Shown in pieces: positions 1-13,443 of a DNA stretch of 64,000 bases. The notes under the pieces were generated by a model that worked only from the letters and a program-made list of their open reading frames with translations, ran no database searches and was not told the DNA's origin. This stretch comes from Azolla caroliniana (Eukaryota > Plantae > Polypodiophyta). Numbering within the stretch: the stretch's first letter is position 1; each line of letters starts with the position of its first letter. A program made the translations under genes and the position numbers. The stretch covers positions 20,212,001-20,276,000 of the forward strand of contig JBHGNT010000014.1 of assembly GCA_043228905.1 (NCBI GenBank), in the 5' to 3' direction.

Positions 1-515
1 GACACCAACAAGACGCCAATATACATAGACAGACGCAAATGTATATGTATATATATATAAGAAGAATACACTCCCGGCTTCGAGCCGGACTTAGGTAGGT
101 TACAGTAGTCGTTTGCTGCCAAGCCGCCGTCGGGGAGCTCACGGGTTCGTCGCGCCGAGCGAGGTCTTGCGCAGGAGATGAGCTGAAGCAAACCCTAAGC
201 GAACACGAAGGGGAAGAAGAAGAAGTAGAAGAAACCTAACCCTAAACCTACCGGTATACCCTCTAATGCAAAAATGGGCAACCCCTACACAAAGGGCGTT
301 CCCTTCCTTTTATAGATCAAGGAAAGGGATGCGTTACAATGTGGGACAAATCCTGACTTACATGGGATCGTCTGTCCCGATTTGACTACTCTTGGGCGCC
401 ATAAAGGCGCCCTCGATATTCACACTAAATGTACATGGGTGCGTACACACGCTGCACCCCGCCGATGTAGCCAATGTTTCCCGGTTTTCACCTATGGCCG
501 AAATTCTTCACGATA
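1..515 (-). mobile_element. Partial Gypsy-type LTR inserted into the gag region of element A
   Basis: Ends in cctatggccgaaattcttcacgata, matching the LTR termini at 2740-2764 (cctatggccggttttcttcacaaca) and 13738-13762. It truncates the element A ORF exactly where element B continues (HYTKP vs PYSKLHWARAT). Confidence 0.65.
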
Positions 516-2764
516 GCGGCTTCGTGTAGTGGCTTCCCGCCAGCTCGTCTTCCAGGTGCGTGGTGCGCACCTCCACCGGCTTCTCCGGTTCCAGCTCCAT
601 CGAGAGCCTCTTGCGCTTCACCAAGTCTACGATAGAGTCGTGGAACTCCCTCTTGGCGATTCCCAGCACCTCCCGCAATGACAGCTCCACATTGTTGTCG
701 AGGAAATGTTCCTCTAGGACTTTTCGCAGGTCTGTGGTCCTTTCGATCTCGATGCTCAACCGAAACCCCGCCTGCTTCTTTCCGTCCGGCGTGCTTGGGT
801 TGCCGGCACCGGTCAGTTTCGGTCCGAACCGGGTCTCATACCTCGGGGGGCCGGCCCCTCTGGCCTTTCCTGCTCGTTTGTCCTCCACCAGAACCTCCTA
901 GTTCTAGCAAGCGGCTTCTACGAAGCCCATTTTCTCTTCGACTGAATCGTCCCAACCGGTGACCTCCTGGACCCGCTGTTCCGCGTGGTCCGCTTCTTCC
1001 TTCCTCAGCCGAACTCCGGAGAGGCCTTCTAGCACTAGCGGCCAGAATCCGGAGTCCTTCGCCTTACGGGTCTCATCACCCCCGACCCGAATTCCCGCTG
1101 ACACCGAGTAGTTGACGGCTTCGACGTGCCGTGCCGCGGCCTCTTCCATCAACCTCTTCATTCCGCCGCGCCCCGTATTCAGTTCTAGGGCTCTCCGGGT
1201 CTCGCTCGCGTGCACCCGCCCGTTCTAGAGGTACACCACGTTGGTCCTGAGCGCGTCGACGAAATCCGCGCAATCCTTCCGAATGTGACCGATCGTGTCA
1301 CACCACATGCACCGCTGCCCAGCCGGCGGCCTCCGGTCACGAGGTTGTTCACCGCTGTCTCTCCGGGCATGTGCGATCTACAGGTCATGCACCATCTGTG
1401 TTAGCTCCTCCAGAGCCGCTCCTCCGGATGGACCTCTGACCACGTCGTTCGATGCCGACCCCGACTCCGGCCAGATTCAGGTCTCTTCCTTCCTCCCAGT
1501 CGGCACCGAAACCGGCTCCTCAAGCCTCCTCCCCGGGACCGGCCTCGACCCCGACGTGCTTCCGTTGTTCCAATCGCGCCGTTTGTCGAAACGGCTGCAG
1601 ACCCATTTTACCACGGCCCAGTCCGTCATGAGCCCTTCGTCCGTTTCCAATAGGGAGCCCACCTTTTCCCCGTCGAGCGCATCCACCGACTTGACAAACA
1701 GTACTACTCGACTTGTTTCGAGCACCGTCCGGTCTAGCGTCGACAGCCGCGCGAACTGTTTTTCGAACTCCTGGAGGAGCACCGATGTGTTCCTCCCTTT
1801 TCCGGGGCTTTCCACCCACGCCATGAAGTCCCGCCTCGACAGCCGGAGCGAGTCGTCAAACCCGTACTTCTCGAGGAGCGAGTGGTCAAGCCCGGTGTCA
1901 CCACTCGAGGGAATCCGGACAGCCGCCTGTCCACTGGGATATCCCTCATGATCATTTCAGCCCGGTAAGCCTCCAAATAACTTGTGGCGTCTTTCCCTCC
2001 GAAACGGCCTATAGAGTTGACGATCTATTCAATGGCTCTATCGAGGGTACCCGTTCCCTCACGAGCGCTCACCAGCCGATCGACGGCCACCGCCATTGCC
2101 TCTGCTAGCTCCGATCCCGTCATCTTTCGACTCCTTTGCCTCCCTTTCACGTCGGGTTCACCAAAGATGTCGCGTTGCTACGCGCGTACGTGTAGAAAGG
2201 GGTGGGACCACGGGGGTCTTGGACCGAGGAGCGAGAGAGAGAGAGAGAGAAAGAGGGAGAGAGAGAAAGATTCACCGACACGTAGAAGCGAGAAAGAGAG
2301 ATATAGAACGTAACACTCAATTATAATGACAAGAGATTACAAACTCCGACATTTACAACCGACAATGCGACGACAGACCCGACACGGGGACCCTACTCAC
2401 GCACACAGACGACAGTCACACGACTTGAAGAAAAAAAAGGGGAAAGGGAGCGACTCTTCTAGAAGTACACGGGCTGTCCATGAAGCAGAGGCAGCGACCT
2501 CCCGACACCCGCAGAGAGCGACGATTCGAGTAGAAGAGAGAGAGCTCGGTCCTCCATTCTACAGCAGCGCTTCCTTCCTCCTCGCGCGCGATCCCCGTTT
2601 TCTCTTGTCCTCTTCCCTTTATTCCCTGTCCCTCTTAGTATTTTTCACCCACCGATCCATTTATGAATCAGGTACAAAACATCAAGTCACGCGTCCATCC
2701 GTATAAGAGCCGATTCATGTGCTTTCTTCTCCGATTCCGCCTATGGCCGGTTTTCTTCACAACA
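516..2764 (-). mobile_element. Ty3/Gypsy LTR retrotransposon A: 5' LTR 2168-2764, PBS-Trp 2146-2163, degenerate gag
   Basis: LTR termini are TGTCGCG...CACAACA. The 18-nt ttcacgtcgggttcacca matches the plant tRNA-Trp 3' end. ORF fragments 508-888, 904-1215, 1477-1824 and 1734-1976 are homologous to element B gag. Confidence 0.85.
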
Positions 2765-3036
2765 ACGTACTACAACGCTTAAGTATTCAAGACACCCACA
2801 CTGAACTAGTTGTAGCTATACACAGAAAATCAGAGAAGATAGGATTCTATTATAAGGCGTTTCTTTACATTCCCCCAAAAGTACACGCACCTCCATCAGA
2901 GGTATTTTGCCCTTTATATATGCAAGGTCTAATTAGCCGTTCACGCTTCCTGCGTGAACCGTTACATGCGTTATGCTCTTTTATAATTTCTTACTCCTAT
3001 GCTTTTGTCCGTTGGTAACTATTCCGGCGGACAACA
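2765..3036 (-). mobile_element. Probable LTR fragment of another element, interrupting pol of element B
   Basis: Non-coding segment of lower GC ending in ...cggacaaca (TGTTG on minus). The element B RNase H reading frame loses coding character at about 3036. Confidence 0.4.
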
Positions 3037-6000
3037 CTCCCCGCCCTTGTCGTCACGTAAGCCGACCCGAAGAAGTCTACGCCGACTTCTTCGTCCTCCG
3101 AAATCATGTCATCCTCATCGTTGAACCGTGCTCTAGAAAGCATGTCGGCCATGGAGTTGTCTTTACCGGAGATGTGCCGTACCTCTGGGTTCAGAGATTT
3201 AATGTACGCGATCCACCTAAGCATTGCCAAGTTCGGCGTCACGCATTCGGAAACAATACCAAGGATCGGTAGGTAGTCTATCTCGATTATCACCTCTGTA
3301 CCGATCAAGTAGTCTTTATCAGCCTTGATTACCGAAACGATACCCTAGAGTTCGCGTTTAACTTGGGCGTATCCTCAATTTCGCTCACTCATCACCTTCG
3401 CTCCGAACCGGATGGGGAACCTTGTGCCAGTTTTGTCCTTCTTGTTGACCACCCATCGTATCTCGGTCGGGCTCGTGTCTACCGTAATGTAAATTGGGAC
3501 GTCCTTGCCATAAACCGCTTTCCGGAGTGCCGGTGCCGCGGTTAGCACCTCCTTCAGTCTACGAACCGACTCCGCATCCTCCTCACTCCACTCGAATTTA
3601 CGCCCCTTCTTCAGCAACTCGTAGAGCGGCTCCACGACGTGCGCGTAATCCAGAATCCATATATAGTAGAATGCGCACGCGCCCAGGAACCTCCGCACCT
3701 CCGTAACCGACTTGCATTCCTCCTTTATTACGGAGATGGCCTCTACCTTCGCGGGAGATGGTTTCCGGTCGTAAGGCCCGCACAAGTGTCCAACCACTAG
3801 GATCTATGGCTGCCCGAAAGCCGACTTCTCTCCGGAGAAGGTGAGTTGCGCATCCTCTAGCCTTTGCAGCACCTTCTCACAGTCGTCGATGTGGTCCTCA
3901 ACGAATCTCCGGCAACCGTTTGGCCCAACTGATTCATCCTTCTCTCTTTATCGGAATGTCATCCAAGAACGGCATGATGATGTCTGGAATGCAGTCCCTT
4001 AACACCTTGTTCATCGCATTCACCATGTGTGCCACCGAGTTGGTTCCTCCTTGCGGTAGGGTACACATCCGCACTATCCTAAGAGGAGTCTGCATCGTCG
4101 TGATATCCCTACTCTCCACGGCTAGTTGGAACTGATCGTACCCCGAGTACAAGTCACAGACCGAATAGATCGACCTTCCAGCGAAGGCCTCCGTGAACTC
4201 GTCAATGGTTGATCTGACAACTGCGTTTCGAATGGTCACCTTGTTGACCAGTTGTAGGTCCTGAATAAAGTGCAACGTGTCGTTCTTCTTCGGCATAATA
4301 AACCACCAATTTGAATATGGGGCACTCGACGGCTCGAGGATGCCCATCTCCACCTCTGCGTCAACGGCTCCATCAACCTCGGGATGTGAGCTCTGGGTAC
4401 CGGAATTGTCTTGAGATTCCACGGCACATGCGGTACCGTGAAGATCACCATTGCTTCCACGGTCGTCGAGTCTACGCACCCGATCTCCCCTGGCGCGAAT
4501 GCGAAGGCCTTCCCGTGCCTTCCGAGCATTCTTCGAAACCTCTCCTGCTCCGCCGGCAGTAGGAAGCCACCCCCACCGACCTTGAGCTCCCATAACATTA
4601 TGTCAGTGAACCGGTGTCCTATGCCGGCCGGATTCCGTAAACTTGGGTCCTACGTGACCCCCTTTCTCCGCTCCCCGCTACCCTCCGGCAAGGGAGCCGC
4701 GTCTGGCCTCACCTTCCGGTCCATAGTCTTGTATTTTGTATCTACACAGGTCGTCCAATCCGACCTGACCCTTTCCCCGAAGTCAGCAATGACTTCGTAC
4801 ATCTCCACCGAGTTGACCGGAATCATCCGGTCTTCACTGAGGCCTTCATTGATCACCTTTCCCATTTCCCCCAAGGTGTCGTCGAAAGAGACCGCCTCCA
4901 CGACGCTGCTAATTTCTTTGTCGAGGTGAAGAACTCCGCACTCTCTGAACCGTTCCTCGGCCCTCTTCTTCTCCCAGCCACCAACGTCGGCTATCGTACA
5001 ACCTCCGTTATCGGAGACCCAAAATTTCCTGCCTATAGTACACTTGTGGGGTTCGGCTGGAGTGTCCAGACTATCATGGCCCCACGCCTTGATAGCCCTC
5101 TCTAAAAATCCCCTCCGCTATCGCCGCCGAGGGTCTCGTGGTTACGCTCATGGTTCAGTTGCACTGTTAGAAATTGGACGGAGTGTCACCCATCTTGGCT
5201 TTTCACGCGTGCGTACGCCGAACTGTTATCCAACACCTTTGTCTCCATGCGTGCCGCCGTAATGTACGGTTCGCCGAATATCACCGGGTGCGAGGATGTC
5301 TCCTGCACGAAGAAGTGTTGATCCATCTCGACATCGCCGATTTTCACACGTACATTCGAGCATGCCCCGTGCAACTCCTCTGTGGCGCGTGTTGCCGTGC
5401 GTATCTTCCACCCGTGCTTGGTGTTGATCGGTCATTTCCCTTTCTTATAGAAGTCCATAGACATTAGGTTGATCTCCGACCCGTGGTCGATTAGCGCCAC
5501 TACCGGCTCCTGGACATCCCCGACCCGAATGGGGGTTTCTGTAGTAGCCCTTGCCCAATGTAACTTCGAATAGGGGCTCTCCGCCAACTCTTCTTCCAGG
5601 GCCACGTCCTCCAAGTGCGTCGTTCGCACCTCCACCGGCTTCTCCAGCTCCGGCTCTGTCAAGAGCCATTTACGCTTCACCAAGTCCCTGATGGAATCAT
5701 GGAACTCCTTCTTGGTGATCCCAAGCACCTCCCTTAGCGAAAGCTCCACCTTGCTGTCGAGAATCCGCTCCTCGAGGACCTTCTGCAGGTCCGTCGTCCT
5801 TTCGATTTCGGTGCCCAATCGGTAACCGGTCGGCCTTGCTTTGTTTGCCATGCTGGGATTGCCGGCTTCATTCCTCTTCAGCCCGAACCGGGTCTCGTAC
5901 TGATTCAGGGCCGTGGTCCCACCGGCCTTCCCTGCCCTCTTATCATCCACCAGAACTTCGTAGTTCTAGCACGCGGCTTCCACGAAGCCGATCTTCTCCT

Positions 6001-7224
6001 CTACCGGGTCGTCCCACCCGATAACCTCTCGGATCCCCTTCTCCGCACGGTCCGCTTCTTCCTTCCTCAACCTCACGTCGGTGAGGCCTTCTATCACCAA
6101 CGGCCAGAACCCGGAGTCTTTTGTCTTTCGTCCTTCGTCACTTCCGATCCGAATTCTGGGCGACGCCGAATAGTGGACGGCCTCTGCATGGCGTGCCGCT
6201 GCTTCTTCCATCAACCTCTTCATTCCGCAGCGCCCGAAGTTCGTCTCTAGGAGTCTCCAGGTATCACGGGTGTGCACCCGCCCGTTCCATAGGTACACCA
6301 CATTGCTTCTAAGTGCGTTAGCAAAATCCGCACATTCCTTCCAAGCGTGGCCGGCCGCATCGGCCCACATGCACCGTTGCCCAGCCGGAGGCCTCCGGTC
6401 TCGAGACTGTTCACCTCCGTCTCTCCAGGCCTGCGCGATCTGGAGGTTGCGCACCATCTACGTCAGCTCTTCCAGAGCCGCTCCTCCGGATGGGCCCTTG
6501 ACCACGCCGGTCGAGGTCAAGCCCATCTTGAGCCAATCTAGGGTTTCCTGCTTTCGTGTCGGTGAAGGCTCATCGCACCTCCTTCCCGGGACGGGTCTCG
6601 CCACTCACGTCGTTTGTCAAAACGGTTGCAGACTCTCTTCACCACGGCCCAGTCGGCCGTCGGCCCGTCATCGGTCTCCAACAGGAGACCCACCTGATCT
6701 CAATCCCACACATTCACGGCTTTGACAAACAACAAGACACGGCTTGTGTCCAGCACGGCATTGTCCAGTGACGAGAGTCGCGCAAAGCGCTCTTCAAACT
6801 CCCTGAGAAGCGTTGGCGCATTCCTCCCCTTCCCGGGGGTCTCCACCCAATCCATGAAATCCCGCTTCGACAGTCGAAGCGCGTCATCAAGCCCGTACCT
6901 TTCGAGAAGCCGCCCCTCGAACTCTTCCCAGGTTTGGCATCCAGCATGCACCTCGCGCACCTCCACGCGAATGCCCACTGTTGCCACCTGAGGGAATCTG
7001 GCCAGCCGCCTGTCTTCTGGAATGTCCCTCATCACCATCTCGGCTCGGTAGGACTCCAAATAGCTTGTGGCGTTCTTCTCACCGAACCGGCCTATTGCGC
7101 CGACAATTGCTTCAATGGCCCTATCGAAGGTGCCCGTGCCCTCGCGAGCACTTACTATCCGATCAACTGCTGCCGCCATGGCTTCCGCAAGCTCCGATCC
7201 CCTTATCTTTGACTCCTCTGCCAC
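2997..7224 (-). pseudogene. Degenerate Gypsy gag-pol polyprotein of element B
   Basis: Collinear ORF fragments 6700-7224, 5966-6457, 5432-5950, 5186-5374, 4650-4901, 4236-4598, 3934-4593, 3375-3797 and 2997-3308 in PR-RT-RH order. Confidence 0.85.
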
Positions 7225-7599
7225 CTTGTTTCACGTCGGGTTCACCAAATATGTCGTGTTGTTTCGCTTTCGCGTAGGAAATAAGGCGGGACCGCGGGGG
7301 CCTTGAACCGAGGAGTAAGAGAGAGAAGAAGGCGGAGTGAGAGAAGAGCGCAAGCGTAGGGCCGGTTAGGCCCGTTTGCAACTTACAATGCTTGCCGGTT
7401 GAATGAACCACTAAAGAGTATCTGAACAAGATGCACACTCGCGTAAACGAGAGACTCACAGAAACACAGAGAGAGGGAAACAAGAGATTCGATTCCAATA
7501 ACAATAAAGGTTACAGTGTTTGCAAGATTACAGCTAGATAGCCGGCGACAGAACCAACCCAGACAATCACACACCCACGCACACACGCAATGGAGCCTT

Positions 7600-10500
7600 T
7601 GTCGAAAAGCTTGCTTGCGGAAGCGTTAGAAAGAACAATACACAAAGAGAGAGAGAGAGAGTACGCGGGAGAGACAGAGAGAGAGAGAGAGAGAGCAAGA
7701 CACACTATTTTTCCAAGTTATATGAATACCCTGTGCTCTCTGTATCTACAACGCGCTCATCAGCGCTATTTATACAAGTCCACACGGGACTGTTAGAAGT
7801 ACGGTGTACTTCAATGCTCACACGAGCATTTGACACTAACTACGAGACTATAACTGCCTAGTAGTCTAACCTATACTAGGCTTCCGGTTACGGATTGGAT
7901 CCGGCATACCGGCTCCCCAGCTCACCGGTCCTTACTGCTTACCGGCTCAGTTGCTCACCAACATACCGATTCATCTCGCTTACCGGCTCAGGCTTATTCA
8001 GCCGATCCAGCTCCCGGTTGAGCTTGCCGCTCAACACTCCCCCTCAAGCTCAACCTGAGGTAGGGTCGTAGTGTCAACCTCTGTGGCAGCCGGTTCTTCC
8101 AACCGACTTCTCCTGGCGTCGCTTCGCCTTGCTCGCGCTCCTTGTCCGGTCCGGTCCCGTTTGCCGCGACCCCTTTGGTTCTGAGAGGCCAAGGAGACAC
8201 GGACACAGCGGAAGTCGATGCCACCGCGGAGGAACCGACTCATCCGGATCCGTCTGTTGATCCGAATCGGTTGTCTTCGACTCGTTCCAGCTCTTGTCCG
8301 AATCGATTTTCAGCTTTAGGTCTCTCACCACATCGGACCACGTCCAGGTATTGGCCTTCTCTGTGCTTCCCTTGGCTTCTTCAGCCGGTTCACCGAAGTC
8401 AAATTCTTCATTCGACTCCGCATCATGGCCATTACGATCGTGATGACCTCCGCATAGCATGCACTTCTCTTCCTGAGTGTACACTTCTTCTTCACAGCCG
8501 CTGACTCCGACCTGTTCGGATGTGCCGACTTCCTTCGTCGACTCGGCTTCATTTTTCTTCTTGTCTCCACCTCTACCGGTTCTTCTCTTACCTACGGGTT
8601 CAACAGTTTTTTTGCCTTTACCCGTTTCGGTAGTGTCTTTGCCCTTGCGTCTCCCCCTCAAGTGCGGCACGTCGAGATGTTGAACACCAAGCACTTCGGT
8701 AAAGTGTTGCAACTTGTCCGACCCGAGCGGCTTGGTGAAGATGTCGGCTACTTGCCGATCCGTGTGAACATACCGTAGTTCAACTTCACCGCTCAGGACC
8801 CGCTCACGCACGAAGTGATAATGCACTTCTATGTGCTTTGTGCGAGCATGGAACACAGGGTTCTTGGCGAGCTGCATGCTGCTGAGGTTATCGCAGTAGA
8901 TCAGGATTGGGGTCGGTACCTCGATCCGCAGGTCTTGCAGTAGTCGCCGAAGCCAAATGGCTTCGCAGGTGGCAATGGTCGCGCCCCGGTATTCAGCCTC
9001 AGTGCTGGATAGAGCCACTGTTGGCTACTTTTTGTTGCTCCACGCAACAGTCGTGCTCCCAAGAGAAAACATAAAGCCGGAAGTTGAGCGACGATCCGTT
9101 GCATCGCCAGCCCAATCGGCATCCGTGTAGCCGACAAGCTCTTTGGTTATACCTTGCCGGTATAAGAGCCCCCAGTCCTTAGTGCCGCTTACATACCTCA
9201 GTATTCGTTGCACACATTGAAGGTGCTCCACAGTCGGCTTTTGCATGAATTGGCTTACCACTCCGACCGAATAGCTAATGTCGGGTCGGGTGATGGTCAA
9301 GTAGATCAAGCTTCCGACTATTTGTCAGAACCTTTTCTCATCACAGGCTGGTCCAGAGTTGTGACGGATCTTCTGATTGCGGTCCAGGGGTGTGGAGACA
9401 GGTCGTCATTCCGTCATGCCGAACTTGTACAGTATATTCAACACATAATGGCGTTGAGAAAGCAATATGTCGTCGGGGGTGCGGATCACCTCGATCCCCA
9501 AAAAATAATGAAGGTCCCCCAAGTCCTTCATATTGAATACGTCCGACAACTGGGACTTGATGCGGTTGATTTCCGGAAGACCTGGGCTGGTGATGACTAA
9601 ATCATCAACATAGAGTAAGATACATATCGGACCGTTTGAGCCTTGACGGATGAACATGGATGAGTCCGACTTAGAGGCAACAAACCCCATCTTTCACAAC
9701 CGGTGTGTGATCTTAGTATTCCAAGCACATGGGGCTTGCTTCAAGCCATACAACGACTTCCTCAGCTGGCATACTGCCGACTTGTTCACCTCCGACTAAA
9801 ATACAGGGGGCTGAGTCATAAAGACTTCTTCTTCAAGATCTCCCTGAAGGAAGGCATTCTTCACATCCATCTGATGAAGATGCCACCCCCTTGCCGTAAC
9901 AACCGCCAGTACCACACGAACCGTCGTCATCTTCGCTACAGGAGCGAAGGTCTCGTCGTAGTCGATTCCGTGGGTCTGCGCATATCCCTTCGCCACTAAC
10001 CGGGCCTTGTACCAGTTAACTGTACCGTCAGCATTGTACTTTACCTTGTACACCCACTTGCATCCGATCGATTTACAGTGATGAGGAGGGTCAACCAGGT
10101 CCCAAGTTCCGTTGGCATCTAGTGCCCACATTTCTTCCTCCATAGCGGCACGCCAATTTGCGTCCTTTGCCGCTTCTGCGTAGCTCTCCGGCTCACGCAC
10201 TTCCGCGACCTTGGTCATGTACGCATAATGATGCGCCATGTACTCGTTATACCCGTAACATTTAACGGGATCCTTCTGGCGGGTGGACCGGCGTAACTCA
10301 CCGTTACCCGGTATGAGACCCTTCTTGACCGGTTCGGTCTTCGTTCCCAAAGATCTGGCTATGTCCTTGCCGAAGTCAGGTACGCACCGATCCGACTCAT
10401 CATTGTCGGTCTCGAATTCCGGCATCTTCTGCTTCCCTTTCTCTTTGCGTGTGAACTGTCTCCTCGGTTCCTTGCGCGGGGAGAGCACGACAGAGTCTCC

Positions 10501-13090
10501 ACTACTCGCCGTCTCATCATCCAACTGGTTGGACTAATCCAGTCTCTCATTCGGTCTGCTTAACCGGAACGATTCCGGACTCTCATCTTGAGTCTCGGCT
10601 TCATCTTTCTCTACCTGGGCCGGTTCGGGCTCACTAGCCCCATCCTCCAACATCGGGTCGGGATCGGAAGTCGAAGTCGTTAAGGAATACCACGATGCCG
10701 ATTCATCAAACTCGACATCTCAGCTGACTCGGACCTGCTTCGTCCCGGGGTTATAACACTTATACCCCTTTTGCTCTTGAGCATAGCCGACTAGGATGCA
10801 TTTTTCCGATTTTGCATCCAGCTTTCTCTGCTTCTCATCCAGCACATGTACATAGGCTATGTTGCCGAATATCCAAAGGTGTCTCAAATTCAGCTTGCGC
10901 CCGAAATATAGCTCGTGAGCTGACACCTTGTCCCCGATCCGATTCTGGATGTAAGCGGTCGTTTGGACCGCCTCCGCCCAGTAGAACTTGAGCATGCTCT
11001 TTTCCTCCAGCATTGCCCTAGCCGCGTCAATCAGCGACCGATTCTTCCTTTCGGCCACACCGTTTTGTTGCGGTGTGTATTTGCAGCTGAATTCTTGCCG
11101 AATTCCTTTTTGTTGCAGATAGTTGTTGAATTGGCTGGAAAAGTACTCTTTTCCGCCATCCGACCGTAGGCATTTGATCTTCCTCTCTGATTCCTGTTCC
11201 ACCATCTTCTGGAGGATCCGGAAATACTCGAAGACTTCGCTCTTCCGCTCAATGAGGTAGATCCACGTATGTTGCGTGTAGTCGTCGATGAAGGAGACGA
11301 AATATCGACTCCCGCCAATGCTAACATTTTGTGCCGGTCCCCACACATCCGAATGGATAAGATCGAGCTTGTTACGGCTTCGATTTCTTTCAGTGGGGAA
11401 TGGAAGCCGGTGTTGCTTCCTGAGTTGGCAGGCTTCACAAATCTGGGCTCTCTGGCCGCTAAACTTCAGCAAACCGAAAACGACTTGTTCCGTTTGCAGG
11501 TCTTGAAGCCTCCGGTAGTTGATGTGGTCGATCCGCTTGTGCCACAGGTCGATATCCGACTCGACCTTCTATCCTTTGGCGAACAGTGCGGTGTCGACGT
11601 CATTGGTGTTGAGGATAAACATCCTCCCATCTCTGCATCCTTGCGCAATAACTTCGCCCTCATCCTCAATGAAGCACCCGAGGTGCGTAAACCGCACCTG
11701 CATCCCTTGGTCGACGATTTGTCCGACCAACACCAGGTTCTTCGTGATTGTCGGAACATGTAATACATTCATCAACTTCCCCCTCTGTCCGACTTGGCTC
11801 AAAGCGACTTCTCCGACGTGCACGATCGGGTGGGGAGTGTCGTCTCCGGTTTCGACAACTCCCGGTTGATCCGGCTTCTCCAAAAAGGAGAACCACTCCT
11901 CGTGGCTCGTCATGTGGTTCGATGCGCCGGAGTCAACGTACCACACTTCCTTCGATTTGGAAGTGTTCTTCTTCATTGAGTTTGCCTTGTGCTTCATCAC
12001 CAAGGCTGGCCCCTTACCGTTCTTGGATCCTCCTGATCCGTTTGCGTAGTGCGAGCTTTGTCGGCCTTCCTTACCGGTCTTACCGGATCCGGATTTGTCC
12101 GAATCGGCACGCTTTCTCCAGCACTCATTTTCCCTGTGGCCCTTTTTGCCATAGTACCAACATTCCGTAGTGGATTTGTCTTGTCGGCCTCCGGCACCAC
12201 CTTGACTCCCCCTGCTTGAGGAAGTCCCGAAACTGCTGTCGGCATGCTCACTGTGCCTTCGTTCTTGCTCTTGTCGGCCGCCTCCATTGCGTGCCGACCT
12301 GCCTCGTCTACCACACCCGCGGGACCGATCCGCTCCCGTGTACAACATCCGGTTGTCTGGGGATGCACTGGTAGATGAACCGACGTGGTTCTCCTCTACA
12401 AGGAGCATTGACTGTAAGTCGAAAAATGAGGGTGTATTCTCCCTTGTACAAACCGCAGTCCAGAAGGCTCCGAACTTGGACGCCAGGCCTCCAAGACAGA
12501 CCTGCACCATCTCGTCTTCCTCTACGGTGACGTTAATAGAGGCAAGCGAGTCACATATCCCTTTGATCCGAGCTGTGTAATCTGCCACCGACATGTTCTT
12601 CTGTCGAACATTTCTCAACTCATGTCTGAGTTGCAGCTTCCGGGCAGTGGTGCTTGCGGCGAAGACCTTTTTCAAGTTTCCCCAAGCATCCTTCAGTGTC
12701 TTGGCATCACGGATATGGCTGAGCAGCTAGTCACCGACACTGGACGCGAAGTAGTACATCACCCTGCTTGCCACCTGTTCCCACACTAGGAAGTCCTTGT
12801 GTGTCGTCTCCGGTGTTGAGTCGTTCACTCCGTCGACATAACTCCAGTAGCCATGCCCAAGCAGGTACTGGTGCATCTTGTATGACCAAGATGCGTATTT
12901 GGTTTTGTCAAGCTTCTCCACCGGGAGCGACGTAGCCATACCTCTGTCCATTTATGCTTTTGTGTTTGTTTTCCGATCTGTTAGGGTTTCCTTCACAAGC
13001 GTAGATGTCTGCAGCAGAGGTTCTCAACCCACGCGCTCTGATACCATGTAAAAGATTGCTTGCGGAAGCGTTAGAAAGAACAATACACAA

Positions 13091-13126
<36 letters not shown>

Positions 13127-13443
13127 TACGCGGGAGAGACAGAGAGAGAGAGAGAGAGAGCAGGACACACTATTTTTCCAAGTTATATGAATACTCTGTG
13201 CTCTCTGTATCTACAACGCGCTCATCAACGCTATTTATACAAGTCCACACGGGACTGTTAGAAGTACGGTGTACTTCAATGCTCACACGAGCATCTGACA
13301 CTAACTACGAGACTATAATTGCCTAGTAGTCTAACCTATACTAAGCTTCCGGTTACGGATTGGATCCGGCATACCAATTCATCTCGCTTACCAGCTCAGG
13401 CTTATTCAGCCGATCCGGCTCTGGTTGAGCTTGCCGCTCAACA
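7600..13443 (-). mobile_element. Near-complete Ty1/Copia LTR retrotransposon (5' LTR 13047-13443, 3' LTR 7600-8036)
   Basis: Paired TG...CA LTRs. PBS TGGTATCAGAGC (tRNA-iMet) at 13035-13046. PPT TTGAGGGGGAG next to the 3' LTR. Domain order gag-PR-INT-RT-RH. Confidence 0.95.
8074..12951 (-). pseudogene. Copia gag-pol polyprotein with premature stops
   Basis: Mutated zinc knuckle CWYYGKKGHRENEC, protease WYVDSGASNHMT, integrase CEAC / HSDVWGP / [19 protein letters not shown] / QMDVKNAFL / LLYVDDL, RNase H YTDADWAGD / YCDN / ADIFTK. Fragmented into ORFs 12727-12951, 11569-12675, 10720-11472, 9796-10524, 9406-9690, 9025-9309 and 8074-9018. Confidence 0.92.

Noticed and set aside
560-13200. Numerous plus-strand ORFs over the retrotransposons
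   Set aside because: Antisense shadows of GC-rich gag-pol sequence with no recognisable motifs.
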